This document shows positions 55,587-55,769 of a stretch of DNA of 55,769 bases, in pieces (positions within the stretch are counted from its first letter, which is position 1; each line of letters starts with the position of its first letter). Origin of the DNA: a virus; the UHGV virus genome UHGV-0212364; one strand, written 5' to 3'. The notes under the pieces are model-generated. The model did no database searches. It saw nothing but the letters and a program-made list of their open reading frames with translations, and was not told the origin of the DNA. The position numbers and the translations under genes are program-made.

Positions 55587-55769
55587 CCTAATTTTTTTTG
55601 CTTCCTTATATTCGCGCGCGCGAAAGTAACCTAGAAAGTAAGAAAATATAGAAAGTATCTTCTTACAGGAAAGTAGGAAGCTCCCCGGAACGAGCGCGCG
55701 GAACATTTTCAAAATTAAGGTGACACGGAAAGAAAAAAGTCACCCAAAAGTATTGACTTCCATTCTTGA

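Noticed and set aside
1..55769. tRNA, rRNA, cas genes, reverse transcriptase, IS transposase
   Set aside because: None recognised by eye; dedicated scans were not run

Overview
The window looks like a complete ~55.8 kb circular temperate siphovirus that persists as a plasmid (phage-plasmid), probably of a gut Clostridia-type host (inferred from gene families and SD/promoter style). Plasmid functions: Rep_3-type initiator (31-864), 5 iterons plus DnaA-box-like sites at the window end, ParA with a small RHH partner and TTATG repeat arrays, and a short serine resolvase; no integrase is visible. Phage functions, mostly on the minus strand: CI/Cro/antirepressor switch, YqaJ-RecT recombination, initiator plus DnaB, RusA, TerS/TerL, SPP1-like portal, head, tail, several fibre genes and lysis genes. 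A plus-strand accessory cassette (31.8-38.3 kb) separates terS from terL. The most unusual layer is non-coding. (i) Three tandem promoter-sRNA-terminator units follow repA; the third carries one type I-E-like and one type I-C-like solitary CRISPR repeat (candidate dual RNA anti-CRISPR). (ii) Three late-operon terminators each overlap the same twin-hexaloop hairpin element (candidate antitermination system). (iii) A hammerhead and a twister ribozyme lie in the accessory cassette, which also encodes an AcrVA2-like protein. (iv) A group I intron with a GIY-YIG endonuclease interrupts recT. (v) There is an orphan DGR-like variable region with no RT or TR, and a poly-G leader switch between two paralogous tail genes. 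All family calls come from motif recognition by eye; no searches were run.
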